Shown here in pieces: positions 40,803 through 59,055 of a DNA stretch of 64,000 nucleotides. Made by a program: the position numbers and the translations under genes. How positions within the stretch are numbered: position 1 is the stretch's first letter; every line of letters begins with the position of its first letter. The stretch is from the human T2T-CHM13v2.0 reference genome, Homo sapiens. The stretch lies in the NCBI RefSeq assembly GCF_009914755.1, contig NC_060944.1; one strand, 5' to 3'. A model generated the notes under the pieces. That model searched no databases, was not told the DNA's origin, and saw only the letters and a list, made by a program, of their open reading frames with translations.

Positions 40803-41569
40803 TTTGGGAAATATGAACCTGAAAACCAGATTTAATTATGTTCTTCATCATCCTAAAAAACCTTCTTAGGTCTTCATTGACTGCAGAATCCTTTGCATGA
40901 ACGTTAAGGCTCTTCATGATTTGATACCAATCTTTCTTTCCTTCCTCATTTCCTTGTTAAGTGTTTCTCAATCCCCAAGCCAGAAAAAAATGGACTATTT
41001 TCTACTTAACCAAGCATCTTCACGATGGAAGCTTTTGCTTAAGCGTTCCCCTGACATGAACTTACTCTTCTTTTCCCTGTTAAAATCCTATTGGTTCACG
41101 AAGGTTCCTTTCAGGTGCTACCTGAACGATGAGATCTTTCTTAATTCTCCAGTTTCACGCTAGCCTCATTCCCTTGCTATAAGTTGTGGTGTTTTGGTGC
41201 CCTGCTCACCAAACTTAGCTTCTCAAAACCAGAAATCCTGTTTTCCAGCATTCTTTTCCCCATATCACTCAGCCTAACACCTTAGTTATAGTGGATACAC
41301 AGACTTTTGTTGGATTAGTCAGTGGTACTGAGGCAGTAATTTATTAAAACACAAACTTGTACTGCTAGAAAAAACCCATAGACTATATCATTGACACTAT
41401 TGCCTGCATTTAGTGCACAGATAAGAAAGCAGAAGGTTAAAAAACTTGTTTAAGGCTGTATAATCAATAAGTAGTAAAATGGTGGCATAACTTAGATCTG
41501 ACTTTTTATTGCATATATATTTTAATGTTCAATTTTAAAATTATAAACATAACACATAAACATTTAAAA

Positions 41570-41860
41570 CCACTCTGCCATGATACTGTAGTGATGGATG
41601 CAAATCATGATAAATTTGTCCAAATCCATAGAATGTACAATACCAAGAGTGAACCCTAATGTAAACTATGAATTTGGGGTGATAATAATGTGTCAGGGTA
41701 GGTTCATTGATTTTAACAAATGTACCACTCTGGTGAGGGATGTTGATAATGGGAGGACTGTGCATATGTTGGGGAAGTGGGTATATGAGAAATCTCTGCA
41801 TGTTCTGCTCAGTATTGCTGTGAACCTAAAACTTCTCTAAAAATAAAGTCTATTAAAAAT
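41570..41860 (+). mobile_element. L1MC 3' end
   Basis: agtgaaccctaatgtaaactatg...acaaatgtaccactctggtgagggatgttgataatggg...aaaataaagtctatt. Confidence 0.8.
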
Positions 41861-42459
41861 CATTGTTGGTAATTTTTAATGCAGAATATGCAATCAATTA
41901 AATTCCTATAAAGGTTTACATCTGAATCATAAATTTGTTTCTAATTTGGTTATTTGGTCACTTCAAACATATTAAAGAATAGCCAAAACATCCGAACACA
42001 ATCTTTTGTTTTAACAAAATTACTACCACATGCCTACTTAAACATATTCTGAAACTCAACATCACAAATTTAATTGACTTTCTCTTTGTCTTCACATCAC
42101 TTTAATAATTATTAGATTTAGAGTAACCTCTGTTTTTTGATATTACCCAAAGGCTTCCCAAAATTATTTTGATAACTTCCCAGGGTTTCAATAATCTCAC
42201 AGGAACCTGGGAAAAAAGCATTTATCTTCCCGAACAAGCTCTAAGTGATGGTTCTGAATTACTAGTATATGAATAATTTTTTAAAATAGTGTTTTCAGTA
42301 TTATCTGCATTCATAACCACAAACTAAACACACCCATACAATCAGTCCCAGAGCAAAGAAGATAGCCTTACAAGTGAACAGAAGGAGTTTATGCAGTGGA
42401 TGTGTTTCACTCAATTTTTGTTTATCTCTGTAGCCATGGCAATGACTCTTGGTCAACTC

Positions 42460-42945
42460 TGAGAATTAAGCTACTGGAATGTTTACATACTGACTGTCTA
42501 ATGACACTAATCTATATGCTCAAAGTAGTGGGTCAAGATGAACCAAGTTATCAGCATGTTTACAGTAAACATGAAGGTCTGTGATGTGCACCCAGGACCT
42601 GGTGTAGGATTTGCACCATGGCTGATTACATGAAAGGAATGTGACCAACTCCATTTAAGAACTTTGGATCACAAGATTCAAGCAAGCACTCTTGGGCATG
42701 GTCATCTCACACAGATCCCTGCAGTTTACAGCTGGAGATGTATCCAGAGTTCCTCAGAGAAGGAGGACAAGAAACCTTGCTGTTAACCTTCTAGCCTGTG
42801 CCTGTATAGTATCTTTTTTCTGTTATTCCTGCATGCATCCTTTGCTATAATAAATCTTAACCATGCCTATAACATTATGTTGAATTTTATTAGTCCTTCC
42901 AGCAAATTCCCAAACTAGTGAATGGTCGAAGAATTACTGAAATAA
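42460..42945 (+). mobile_element. Old ERV LTR remnant (MER21/MER77-like)
   Basis: cctttgctataataaatcttaaccatg..tataac...agtccttccagcaaattcccaaac. Confidence 0.45.
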
Positions 42946-42954
42946 CTAACACTT

Positions 42955-46610
<3,656 letters not shown>

Positions 46611-46900
46611 ACAAAGAGCATGCTAGCAAGTCAGTCACCACTCTTATCTCAATCCCAGTGGAGAACTCTGCGAGCAAGTGTAGAACAAATGCCTCTGAGT
46701 TAATTCACTCAAAGAACAAAGGAGCTGGGGTGTTTATACATGGTCTCCTGTCAGTCATTGTTTCAGGGCTTCTCCTGAGTTGGGAGGTGTGTGTTAATTT
46801 TCCAGCACATCTCTCCTGCCCCTCTCTTAAGAAGAGCATTTTCTGCTTCCAAATCAAGCAAACATTAACAGGTGCTGGCAGGTGAAGTCAGATTTTTTGG
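46611..46900 (-). mobile_element. MLT1J/K-like LTR remnant, truncated at the L1 tail
   Basis: caatcccagtggagaactctg...ggagctggggtgtttataca...tcagtcattg; homologous to the copy at ~51340-51780. Confidence 0.65.
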
Positions 46901-49379
46901 TGCTGAATTACATAAGTTCAGGTTAGTAGATAGAATGTGGAAGGGGAACTTGAAAAAGAAAAGTATCTTTAAGGTTAAAATAACGTGCATACAACTTCAT
47001 TTTCTTTTAAATTTTTCTTTATGTTAAAAGTTCTTGACTACCTAATGATAGTACTAAAAGAGTTAATGCTCTTGAACATTTCCATTGCACTTATATATAT
47101 CACTATTTGGGCCTTAGTTGGAAATGACATCTGCTAGAATCATCTTTTATTAGTAGGACACTATCCAATTTTTTAAAAACATACATAATAGGCCCTGGGT
47201 AATAGAGAATCCCAAAATAATAAGGCTATTATTTCTAAAAATAGAAATTATTGAATAGGTCTTCTGGGTGTCAATCCAGAGTTAAGATGGTGCTCCATGG
47301 TGTAAAAGACCCAAGGACTGTTATCTTGCTCCGTCAGGCATGGCTTTTATTCTCAGACTTACACTCTAGGATGGCTGCTGGAGCTCCAACCAATCCAGTC
47401 TCTCATGACGGCCTAAAGGAAGGTGGGAGGATTGAAGCAGAGATGCAATGCACTTCTCAGAAACTGCACACCCTACCTCTGCTTGTATCCCATTGCCAAA
47501 CACTTGGTCACATGACCAGACCCAGTTGCAAGGGAGGCTGGAAAAAATCTTTATTCCAATTGGCCACATGCCCAACTGAAAAGGAAGCTTTACTACTGAA
47601 TAAGAAGGGGGAAAGATATTTGGGGCAACAGTCACTCTCCTTTCTCACAAGTCAAAAAAAAAATGGGAATTTTTTTAAAAAAATCTAAAATGTAAGTAAC
47701 CTCTAACAAAGTTTTAGCTTAAAGCAGTCATTACCGGGACATAAAAGAAAATAAGTGTTTTCCTTGGACTCTTCCTGAACTTAGGTTAGAATGTTATCAA
47801 CTTAAAAAACAAATATGTTAAATTTACAAACAGTATGGACCTATTCCAGAGAAGTGGAGGGGGTGCTGTATGTATGTCTGTGAATATGTGTAAGTTAGAA
47901 ACCTAGAGAGTTCTTTCTTTTTGATCCCAGCCATGTTATAGAGATGGTGATACAATTTTAACCTATGTGAAAAAGCAATAATATAAATATGTACTTTGAG
48001 TGCATAAATAAAAATTCTCAAACATGAATTTGTTTTTATAGGTCTTATTTCTCATCAGCATGGTATTCCAATTCAAGCCATTTGTTTGGTTCCTCAATCT
48101 GCAATGTTCAAGTCATAATAATATCATAAGCATATTTAAGTCTTATAATTACCAGAAACATAAATAGTCCCTCAGGAAACTGAATTAAAGATTTTTGAAA
48201 GAGAATAGGAGAGACATTTTCAAGGTAGGCTTTCCTAACCACCATAAGAAACACACCCAAGGAAAAAACCGACCATTGGCATTGGCATTGCTCATCAATG
48301 CACAGATGTATTTCGCGGTTAAAAATAAAACCACAGGTCTCTTCACAAGAAAGATGGGTAGAAAACAAAAAAATTGTGATTCTCCTTGGATGATTGTGAT
48401 GGATAATCAGAGACACAGCTTTTCATGTTGATTGGTCTCGTCTTTCTGGAGACCAGAAATGGAATCCATCTGGACGCTTGCTAAAAGACAGCAGACGGAG
48501 TTATACCACATGACACAGAGCAGTTTTCTCTATCGTAATCCACCAATGGTGTTCTTTGCAAGTATAATATTACTGGAGACCTGAAAGATAATTTTCCACT
48601 CATGATTTAGCTCCAGATTTCTTATGGCTGTGGATCCTCCATGTTAGGAGAGAAAGTTTCTTAAATATCCGCAGTACTTTCCTTTTTTAAATTTGGAAAA
48701 CAAAGAGAGACACACTAGCATGACTCTGTACCTGGAAAGGTTTCAGAACAATTCATGAAAGCCTCATTTGTAGCCATCTTGAAAATAAGTGTATGTTAAT
48801 GAGCAATAACAATAAGTTTTAAAAAGTTAATTATTATGCCACAAAAGCAAATAAACTGTCTCAATCATAAAATATGTCAGTTATTACATATAAAATGTAA
48901 AAATACTTGACTTCATGTATTTGCAACTATCTTCTAGCTCAAATCTTTATCCTTTTAGACCCGAAATCTATATTTACTTCAGTCTTGAGGACCTAGTTTG
49001 TATTTTTTCCTTCATTATATCCCTTTTCATCTACTTCTGTCCTTATCATTTTTAATACTGGTTTGCCACTCCTCTGTTTCCTCGACTTCCATCCCACCCT
49101 ATATTACATACTTACCTAATAAGTCTTCCTACTATCATTTTTCTAGGTCTCCAAATTAGTTTCCTCTAACTCTTACAAAAGAACATTTTTATCCACCATA
49201 TTTCCCATTCTCCCAAGGAGGATATTTCAAGTTAAGATTTCCATTTACTTCACCAAATCCCTTAATCTTTCTTTTGAAACATCCTTTCTGTGCTGATTGA
49301 AAGGGCCACGTGATGTTTTATTCACGCATTCAACAAGATTTTTTAAATGCATGCAATTATTTAGTTATATCCTTAAATG

Positions 49380-49460
49380 AGAGGCTGAGGCAGAAGGACC
49401 GCTTAAGTCCAGGAGTTCAAGGCTGCAGTGAGCTATGATCACATCATTGCACCCCAGTTT
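49380..49460 (+). mobile_element. Alu right-arm fragment
   Basis: gaggctgaggcagaaggaccgcttaagtccaggagttcaaggctgcagtgagc. Confidence 0.75.
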
Positions 49461-49909
49461 GGTAACAGAGTCTCAAAAAAGGGCATGGAATAAATCCATG
49501 ACAGCAAAGTCACTATTAGATGCACACAAATAAACACAGAGCCCGGATCTCTGTGAAAAACAGAGCTTTACTTTTTTTTTAATCAAGTTTCTCATTGGTC
49601 TCTCCAGGGTTCATGTTAGGTGCATGTTAGGTGGTCTCCCTCATTCATACTTTGTTTCCTGGACCCCTCCATGGGTTTTTCCCTCTGGACCACCTACCAC
49701 CAGGATCTCACTTCTCCGTCACTAGGTTCTTTCTGGTCCTGCATCCATCCCATAGAGATGAATCTTTATTAGGTCATTTATATACTGCAGAACTTCTGGG
49801 CAGCTTTCAGGTCCTCCAGTTCTCTCCCAGAAAAATGCCTCCAAGATCAAGAAAATGATCTCTTGTTAATATATATCAACTCTTAAAGCATAGCTTATGG
49901 ACAATTTTA

Positions 49910-50137
<228 letters not shown>

Positions 50138-50519
50138 GACAATGACCACATCCTACACACCCACAGCCTTCTAATTTGCTATATTTACTCTCCCTAGAAT
50201 TAGATAATCTGCTTTATTTTTATCCTGTTACCACATTGTTGGAGAATGTTAAAGAGGCAAGTATATTAGACTCATTGCAAGTTTCTGTTCTGTAATCTCA
50301 CCAATGTTAGGGCAGAACAGCAAAGCTATCCTATACGAGAGCTCGTGCATGATTCCCCTTCATGTGTCCTTTTTGTTTCCCCAGAAGCTATGTTCCTTTC
50401 CCCCACAGACTATTCCTGTTTCTCACAGTGATAAATATAAAATTCACAGGCTTGCGTTCATTGGCTTATCTTCCTTGGCATCAAGGAGGCTAAAGTGTAG
50501 ACAAGGAGACTAACTTTAA

Positions 50520-51290
50520 TAATCAGTAATTTAAATGTAAAAATTACAATGGTGGAAAAAAATAGAGTTATATAATTCTATAAGGGCCAGTAGAAGAGAG
50601 ATTTAACCTAATGAAGGATGTTTGGAAAATTTTTAGAGAATGTAACTCTGAACCGGAGAACTGAAGACAGGGTAGGCATTAACTAGACAAGGGGTCATGG
50701 GAGGGGAAGATTGCAGGGAAAGACTTTTCTAAGAAAGTCCACATCCCTTGGTGTAAGGGAGCAGAAAACCTACAGGAATTGAATGTAAGAAGGAGTAGAG
50801 AGCTGGCAAGTTTAAAGCAAAAGAGAGTGTGGTTTAAGGGGAAGCTGGAAATGTGGAGAGTGGGGGTAGTCCAGACCATGTAAAATCTTGCAGGCTGTGT
50901 TAAGGAGTGTTGGCTGTAATGTAAGACAGATGGAAAGCCATTGAAGGGTTTTAAGCAGGGTGTGGGATGTAAAAAATTAGACTTAGCTTTGAGAAGTTTG
51001 CTTTGGGGATGCTAAGTGGAGAAAGAATTGGAAGAAAATAAAAATGAATAGAGAAGCCAGTTAGGAGGTCTAGGTGGGAGATGAGGTAGCTTGACCTATG
51101 CTGTGCAAACAGAGATGGAAATAAGTAGATTTGAGAGACATTTAGAGGATAGATCTGTAGAACTTGTCAATGATTTGAATATAAGATAGAAGGAAGAGAT
51201 AATTCTCAGAGATAATTTTAGAGTTTCTATCTTGGGGAACTGGGTAGATGGTGGTTCAACAGGACGTGGTTTACCAGGGAAGAAATTGCA
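50520..51290. mobile_element. L2 fragment
   Basis: tggaaagccattgaagggttttaagcaggg...agtagatttgagagacattt. Confidence 0.7.
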
Positions 51291-51339
51291 CATGTTGGAG
51301 GATTCTATTTTTTTTTTCTTCTGCAGAGGAATTTGGTCT

Positions 51340-51780
51340 CCCTCTCTGATTTAGGCTCAATTCCACTGGAAAAAACCTTGAGACAAAGATTTAAATGCAA
51401 GTCATCAGTCTGGGGAAGCCAATGTGGAAAATGAGTAGAGAAGAGGGCAGTAAGAAAGGGAGTGAAAGAAATCTAATGTGTGTTGATGAATAGGTTGCCA
51501 CTGTGGGCAACTGGGGATCAACCTACTGGGAACCTCCAGGAGATGAGATACAATGTGCTTTTGAGTTATTTCACCTTGGGGATGATAAATATGGAATATT
51601 TACATGCTAAGTCATATCCATTATTTGTTTAAGGACTCTCCCATGGGCATTAATTCATAGCACTTCTGGCCTTGCCTGTGTTCTAGCCAGTGATGCCCCA
51701 GAAACCAGAGAAAGCCTCAGAGTGCAATGGGAAGGTGAATGCTGAAGGGATATTGGCAAAAAATAGACAGTGTCTGTTGC
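51340..51780 (-). mobile_element. MLT1J/K-like LTR
   Basis: ccttgagacaaagatttaaatgcaagt...gttgccactgtgggcaactgggg...gcacttctggccttgc. Confidence 0.65.
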
Positions 51781-54700
51781 TGTCTAGTGCCCTCCAATAT
51801 TTTCAATTTCACCATTTCTATAAGTTTATTCACTCTATCTTGATAATTTTGTCCTTTTCAACTCCTGCCTCATATCTCAAATTTTCTTTTATTGCTACAT
51901 TTTAACTAAACCATTGATCCACAAATTCTTTGATCTTCAAGTCAAAATGGTAATTTCTATACCACTGCACACTCATAACTTTATATCTTTATTATAATGA
52001 GAGAGTAATATATTGTGAAACCATGCATGATTTTATGCCCAGTTGTGATGAAAAGCTAAGAAGATGAACTCATAGCCAAGCATGCAAAATGTTGGTCACA
52101 ACGAAATAACACTATAAATAATATTGACTTAAAAATGGAGCCTTCAGTGCATTAGTCTTAAACTGGAAAGAAAGAGTAAGTTGAGTGCTTTAGGGGCCTG
52201 ATCCTAAGTTACTCCTTATTTTTATTAGTGACTTCTATGATGGAGCAGAGAACACATTTTTCAACATTTGCTGATATTGCCAAGTTGGCAGCAACTGCCA
52301 GCGCTTTGGAAAGCTGCAATGTACAATCCAGGGCACCACTGGGCACAGACTAGATGCTTCATAAATACGTGGTGACTGATGGACTAAACTTGAGTACAAT
52401 CTTTGCAGATATTCTTCCAAATCCTATGCCAAACTTCTCCATTCTCCTGGGCTCCAATCTTCATCCCCTTCTTCTCTGAGGACACCTGATGTCCTATCAA
52501 AGACGTGATTTTGGATTCCTCCATTGCACTTTCTCCACCAACGAGATTTCTATATTAACTCATGATTCCTTCTTGCTAAGTTGCACTTTCTCTTTTCCTC
52601 CATCAACTATCTTCTTCGATCCTTCTCCTCCATGCCAAACTCTCTTCATTCTCCTGGCTGGAAACCTGTTCAAGTGTTCCCTAAATTAAAAACCCATCTG
52701 CTCTCCCTTATGCAATTCCTCTGAGCCTCTAAGTGCTTCTCTGGAGAAAAATAGCCTCGACCCACACCTCCACTTCATCATTGCCATTTATTTCTTAATC
52801 CCTCTGGCCTTAGAAGGAGCCTTATGGAAGAACTCTGGTGCAAAGCCTTTTATATCCAGTTCATGGTACAGCTCCAATCACTTGCAGCTGAGAGCTGAAT
52901 GCTCAATGAAAAAGTACTAGTCAGCACCTTGCAGCTTCTCCTCTCCCCACCCCAATGTCTTAAAAATCTCCATTGCCTCCTTTCCACTGGTTGAGAGTCC
53001 TTCATCTTTAGCTCTTTTTCAAATACATTTAAAGTTTCTTCCAAAGTTTTCTTCTAGCCTTGGCCCCATTCCTTCCTTCCCTAAATTCTTTTACTTGAGG
53101 AACTCTTCTTCTCTGATAGGCTCCACTATGACTGCAGACAACTTGTGAGCTCTCCTTTTTCCTTGTTTATCTCTCACCTTTGTCCCTTAATGTTACCCCT
53201 TGTGTAATTTACACTTGAAAATTTGACAGTGTGTTATTTCTGTTGCACAGCTTGAACATTCCTATCTCTATACCTTTGCTTATGCAGGTTCCACTACCCA
53301 CCATGGTGCCTTTTTTGCCCTTTCTCCGATATCCACTTTCCCAATTCTGTGCATCCAGGAAAACCCAACACCATAGTTACCTCTTTCAAAAAATCTGTGT
53401 GGATATCCTTCAGACAAAAGACATTTACCCTCATACTACATTATCTGAACTTCCATCAACATATTCATTTCTTTTCCCCTATGTACCAGTTATGCAATTA
53501 TATGACGTTTTCCCATACCTGTTCCAGTCCCTTCAAGTGATCCCAGATTCATCATACAGATATACTCCAGGAGACGGTGAAAAATGTATAGGGCACTGTG
53601 GAACTCATTTCTGGAATTATGCCAGACCACCTACCTCTTCTCCCATGTTTTTATTCTCCCACCTGCAGCTTTCTAACTCCTGTTTATTTCGTTGTGGATT
53701 CCCAACACCACTCACTGCTGACCCTCCCATTTTGCTCTTCAGTTGGACCTGCTTCTCTGATACCTTTGGATATAATTTATATTACTCATAAGAATAATGG
53801 GCCAAAGATTATCCAAACCCCACCCCAGGACTCTTTAACTTTCTTGGTTTTAAATCAACATAGGGTGGCCAGATGATAAAGAGGCTGAAATTCTCTGGAA
53901 TTCAGGTATTGGAATCATGCTATTGCCAAGTTTATCAAGCCCATTACAGTTAACACTAATCCTTTTAATATAGTGAGTGCTCAAAATAGAATTTTAATTA
54001 ATCCATTAGTTTCTTTGCATAATAAATGTTTGAAGAATGAGATTCAGGGTAGGGTGTTTTGAAGGACATAATGGGAGGAAATGTATGTGCTTTGGGAAGC
54101 CATCTGAGACAGCAAGTTCTGTAGACCGTCTGCACAACTAGAGAAACTGGACTCTTAGAGCATATTGGCAAGCCATTTGGTTTGGTGATTAGATGTGAAT
54201 TTTCTGAGTTCGAATCCTGATTCCATTGTCCACTAGTGATCCATAACTTAACCTCTCTGTGCTTCATTCCTTCAGTTGCATGTATAATACTGTACGTGAT
54301 TGATATGGAGGGTAAATGACATAGTATCTAGGATTAACAAAGAAATTAACAATGTCTGATATGTACTCAATAAGTGTTAATTATTATCATTAAAGGGAGA
54401 AGGGTATAGAGAATCTGAGAAAAAAAGGTTGTCTTCTCTTATAAAAAGTTGTTTTCTTCATAATTTTACCTAGCAAGGGACTTGAATAGGGTCTTCCTAA
54501 TAGTTGCAACAAAGTGGTGAGCATTATTTAAAACAGATCAGATACTTAATCTGTTACTTAAGGAACCCAGACTTTTTCCACATGTGTTCCCTGTCTAGGT
54601 CCTTGAAATCCACTCATTCAGTCAGTGGATGGCAAAAATAGGATGAGTATCAGGAATGCCATATTTTTTATGAGTGAGGCATCCATAGCCTCTACTCACA

Positions 54701-55557
54701 TCTCATTGATCAGAACTCATCACATGAGTGCAGCTAGCTGAAAGGGAGGCTGGAAGATATAACGTGGCTATGAGTCAAAAAAAAAAAAATGAAGAAATGG
54801 ACATAGGTGAGTACTTGCTGTTTTGGCCACTAGTACCATTTGATAAGCATTTACCCTCCCGAATGAAGGGACCATTTCCAGAGCAGGATCATCACAGGAA
54901 GTAGCAAGTAGCAAGCTCATGCACATGTTTATGAGCATTGCCACATTCTCCATAATGGACCCTCCTCCTCTCACTACTCGTACAGGGCCACATGGGGTTC
55001 AGGGGTACAAAGGATCAAGGAGCATAGGAACATGCCACTTTTATTAGTCAACAGATGATCACAAAAGGCCCTTTATATGTATGCACTAGGCTAAGAAATA
55101 CTAGGAAAAATAGCCAGGTCTACGTAAAACAAAGGTTTCTGAGAGTTTACCTGAGTAACAAGTATTCAGTAGAACAACATGAAATAATTAATATCTGCTT
55201 TCTTTTTCTCACTCAACATTCTTGGACAGAGCTCCCTCAAAATAGTCAACTATTTTTAACTTTCACTGCCTAACATATTTAGAGCTGTCTTTGTGTCCCA
55301 AACTGATGAAAAAACATTCAACAATAATGTAAACCACATAATAATATTTTAATATTAGTATATTTAAAGCTAAATTCCAAATACAAATGTATAACTGACT
55401 TGGCTTGCTTTTTGAATCATGACATAAAAGAAAAATATTTCAAATAGCATTATTTTTATACACAGAATAATAATTAACACAAATAACACTTAATATGATC
55501 CAGACACTGTTACAAGTACTGTACATGTATCATCACACTTCGTTTTCTTAATTACTC

Positions 55558-55923
55558 TGTGATTTCATCTAGCTCTGGTTTCCTACTCAAATCTCATCTC
55601 AAATTGTAATCCCCACATGTTGAGGGAGGGACCTGGTGGGAGGTGATTGGATCATGGGGGGGTGGTTTCCCCCACGTTTTTCTCATGATAGTGAATGAGT
55701 TCTCCTGCGTTCTGGTTGTTTGATAAGTACCTGGCATTTCCCCTGCATCCTCTCTCTCTTCTGTTACCTTGTAAGACATGCCTTGCTTCCCTTTCACCTT
55801 CCTCCATGATTGTAAGTTTCCAGAGGCCTCTCCAGCCGTGAGGAACTGAATCAATTAAACCTCTTTTATTTATAAATTACCCAGCCTCAAGTAGTATCTT
55901 TATAGCAGTGTGAAAAATAGACT
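55558..55923 (+). mobile_element. THE1D/MSTA-like solo LTR inserted into a MIR
   Basis: caaatctcatctcaaattgtaatccccacatgttgagggagggacctggtgggagg...; ctctg on both flanks; MIR continues gtgaggtagg...ttgcccaaggtcacac. Confidence 0.8.
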
Positions 55924-56999
55924 CTGTGAGGTAGGTGTTATCTCCATTTTAAAGATGTGGAATCATCTCTCAGAGATGCTGGGCAATTTGCCCAAGGTCA
56001 CACAGGCAGTAACTGGCAGGATAGTTATTATATCTCAGATGATCTTGTTCCAGAGTCTGTGCACTTGACCAATTCAAATATTAGCTCTCTCCTCGACCCC
56101 CACCAAGATTTGAAATTAATTACACATAACAGAGAACTCTAGGTTCAATGGAATCACTTTACATATTCCTTTTAGTTTTTTTGAAATATCCCATAAACTC
56201 ATAATATTTGAGCATAAAATGTATTAGGCAAAATATTCTGATAAAAATAAAATACAAACTCTGTTTGGACTAATAAAAATGCTTGTATCATCCACATGGG
56301 ACATTCTATGAAAAAATATACTTAGATTTTTCCTTTATTCTGGGTAAACAAATTAACATCTGTTATACTAAATAGGCAAGCTTAACCAGCCATGACGCTT
56401 CTCAACAAATATGTTCTGGAAGGTTTTAAAAATATATTTATTCTGGAGGCTTCAGAGAACTAGATTGAGCAGCTGGCAATGCCTAACAAGGCTCCTATTT
56501 CCCCTATTCATTCTCATGAAAACATTCTCTTTCAAAGAATCATTCAGACGAGTATAAAAGGAAAATATTAAAATATGGAAAAGTCAGGAGAAACAGAGGG
56601 TTGTAGTTCTGCAAATAGTAAGATCAAATACATAAGATTTTATTTTCCTAGAAAAATGGATGATTTGAACAATTTCATTAATTATTTTACCCAGTACCAG
56701 GGAAGGTCATTGGAAATAGATCTTGAGTCCTTAAGCAAGCTCAGTCCTTCTCTCAGCCCACTGGGCTAAGACATTAAAATAATTATATCATAAGACACCA
56801 AAGGACCTGATTGAGCTATTCTGTATTTGGACCTGGTTAGATATATACAGCACCATGGTAAATAAACACTAGTACATATGCTATATGAGGGCAGTGGTTA
56901 TGATTCATCTGGGAAGAAACACAAGGGAACATGAAGGCACAAGGAAACTTTTGGGGGCAATAGACATGTTAACCGTCTTGATTGTGGTGATTGTTTCCT

Positions 57000-57001
<2 letters not shown>

Positions 57002-57045
<44 letters not shown>
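57002..57045. repeat. (TG)~22 microsatellite inside an old L1M 3' end (~56870-57135)
   Basis: Direct read. Confidence 0.95.
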
Positions 57046-57047
<2 letters not shown>

Positions 57048-57804
57048 ACATATAGATGTATGTCAAAACTTACCAAATTATATATTTTAAATAGGGACAT
57101 TTCTTGTATGACAATTATACTTCAATAAGGGGACTGTTAATTTTTTTTTCAGAGACGTCGATCTTAGTGATCGCTAAGCAGCATCCAGCAGGAATAATAC
57201 GTGACTTTAGCAACTCCTGGGGCTTTCCAATAAGGCCTAGAGGGATCCCACCCTGCCCAGGATTCAGGAGAGAAAACAACCTTCCTTCCTCATACAGTTA
57301 ATAAATGTTAAGTATGGTGGTAAGCATTGAAGATAAAAGGAAAATTTCAAAATAAAAGATTATATGTTAAGACCAAGAAACAAAATCCAGCTATCTGTAG
57401 CATACATAAGACAGATCTGAAACATAATAATAAAAAAGAGTCAAAAGAACAAGAAATTGCTAATCCAAATTGAAAAACAGAAATCACAGTCTTAATGCTG
57501 GGGAAATTTGAATTTACAGATGAAAGCATCGTTTGATAAGAGAAAGATTGAAACTGCCTTTGCAAAATTATGAAAGTAAGGGAAATCTGACATAGTTGAC
57601 TCTATTTTGCTTCTAACTTTCAAGCTATCATGGGTCACTCTTGGGTGTAGACTGAGTTGGCTTTGGGAGAATTTAATTTATAGTTTAACCTTAAAGCAAA
57701 GATGATAATAGCACTTTCCAAAACTATTAATAAACCACCTTTGCAAGTAAAACGAATGAAAGGCCACATGGTTAGGATTATGAGAGGGGCCCGAATTCTG
57801 CTAA

Positions 57805-58222
<418 letters not shown>

Positions 58223-58426
58223 GGATTGGTTGTTTGAGATATCTTTCAGACTGACTCCACCTGGACTCTGGACTCATGACTCAACTACTCCTGTGGCCCC
58301 ACCCAGAGGCTGACTCAGCACACAAGGACTGTATCCCATATCCCTATGATTTGATTTCCAACCAATCAACATTCACCATTCCCTAGTCCCCTGCCGACCA
58401 AACTATCCTTGAAAACCCCTAACCTC

Positions 58427-58891
58427 TGTTAGATATGAGTTCTAAATTTCTTTTCAAAGAGACAGTATGTCAATATGTTCAATTCTTTGCCTTCTACTTT
58501 TAAACTTAACTTCCTCGTAAAGCAACCTTTTTTGATTACCTGCTCCACCCCAACTCTTTCCGATTACCTGCTGTATCATAACCATTTTTCCCACTCACCC
58601 CATCTCTCTCTTTAAACCACTCACCCCATCTCTCTCTTTAAATTAGCCAGTCAGAATTAGTGTAGCCTGTGCAGTCTAACCCTAGCCAATAGGGGAACGA
58701 CACAGCAGTAGGGGCCACATGCGTCAGGGATAAGTACCCCTTCCCCTCCCTTGTCCAAGTGTGCACTCACTGTGGCTCGGTCTGTAAGGGTGCACCCTTC
58801 TATAGAAGTCACTTGCCTTGCTGAGAATTAAAAAGAAAATTTTATGTTCGAGTGCAATTTCTTTTGCAGCACTGAAACTTTATTTATAACA
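58427..58891 (+). mobile_element. LTR10A/F-like (ERV1) solo LTR
   Basis: tgttagatatgagttctaaatttcttttcaaaga...aaactttatttataaca; 4-bp TSD CCTC. Confidence 0.82.
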
Positions 58892-59055
58892 CCTCTGAGT
58901 CTTCGGAGAGATTGATTTGAGTAATAATGACACCTCCTAAGTGGCATGGCTGGCCTCCCTCAATTAAACTCTTTCTGTATGGCAATGCCATGGTCTCCAT
59001 GAATTAATTTTTTCTGTGCAGCAGGCAGGAAGAACCTGTCGAATGATTACAAGAT

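Noticed and set aside
48050-48780. Apparently non-repetitive stretch with overlapping ORFs (102 aa and 78 aa) and several CCAAT/ATTGG motifs
   Set aside because: I could not recognise a protein, pseudogene or repeat. Conservation data would be needed, so no claim is made.
53231-53791. 186-aa ORF in pyrimidine-rich sequence
   Set aside because: Non-ATG start, no domain similarity, and it lies in decayed repeat-like DNA.
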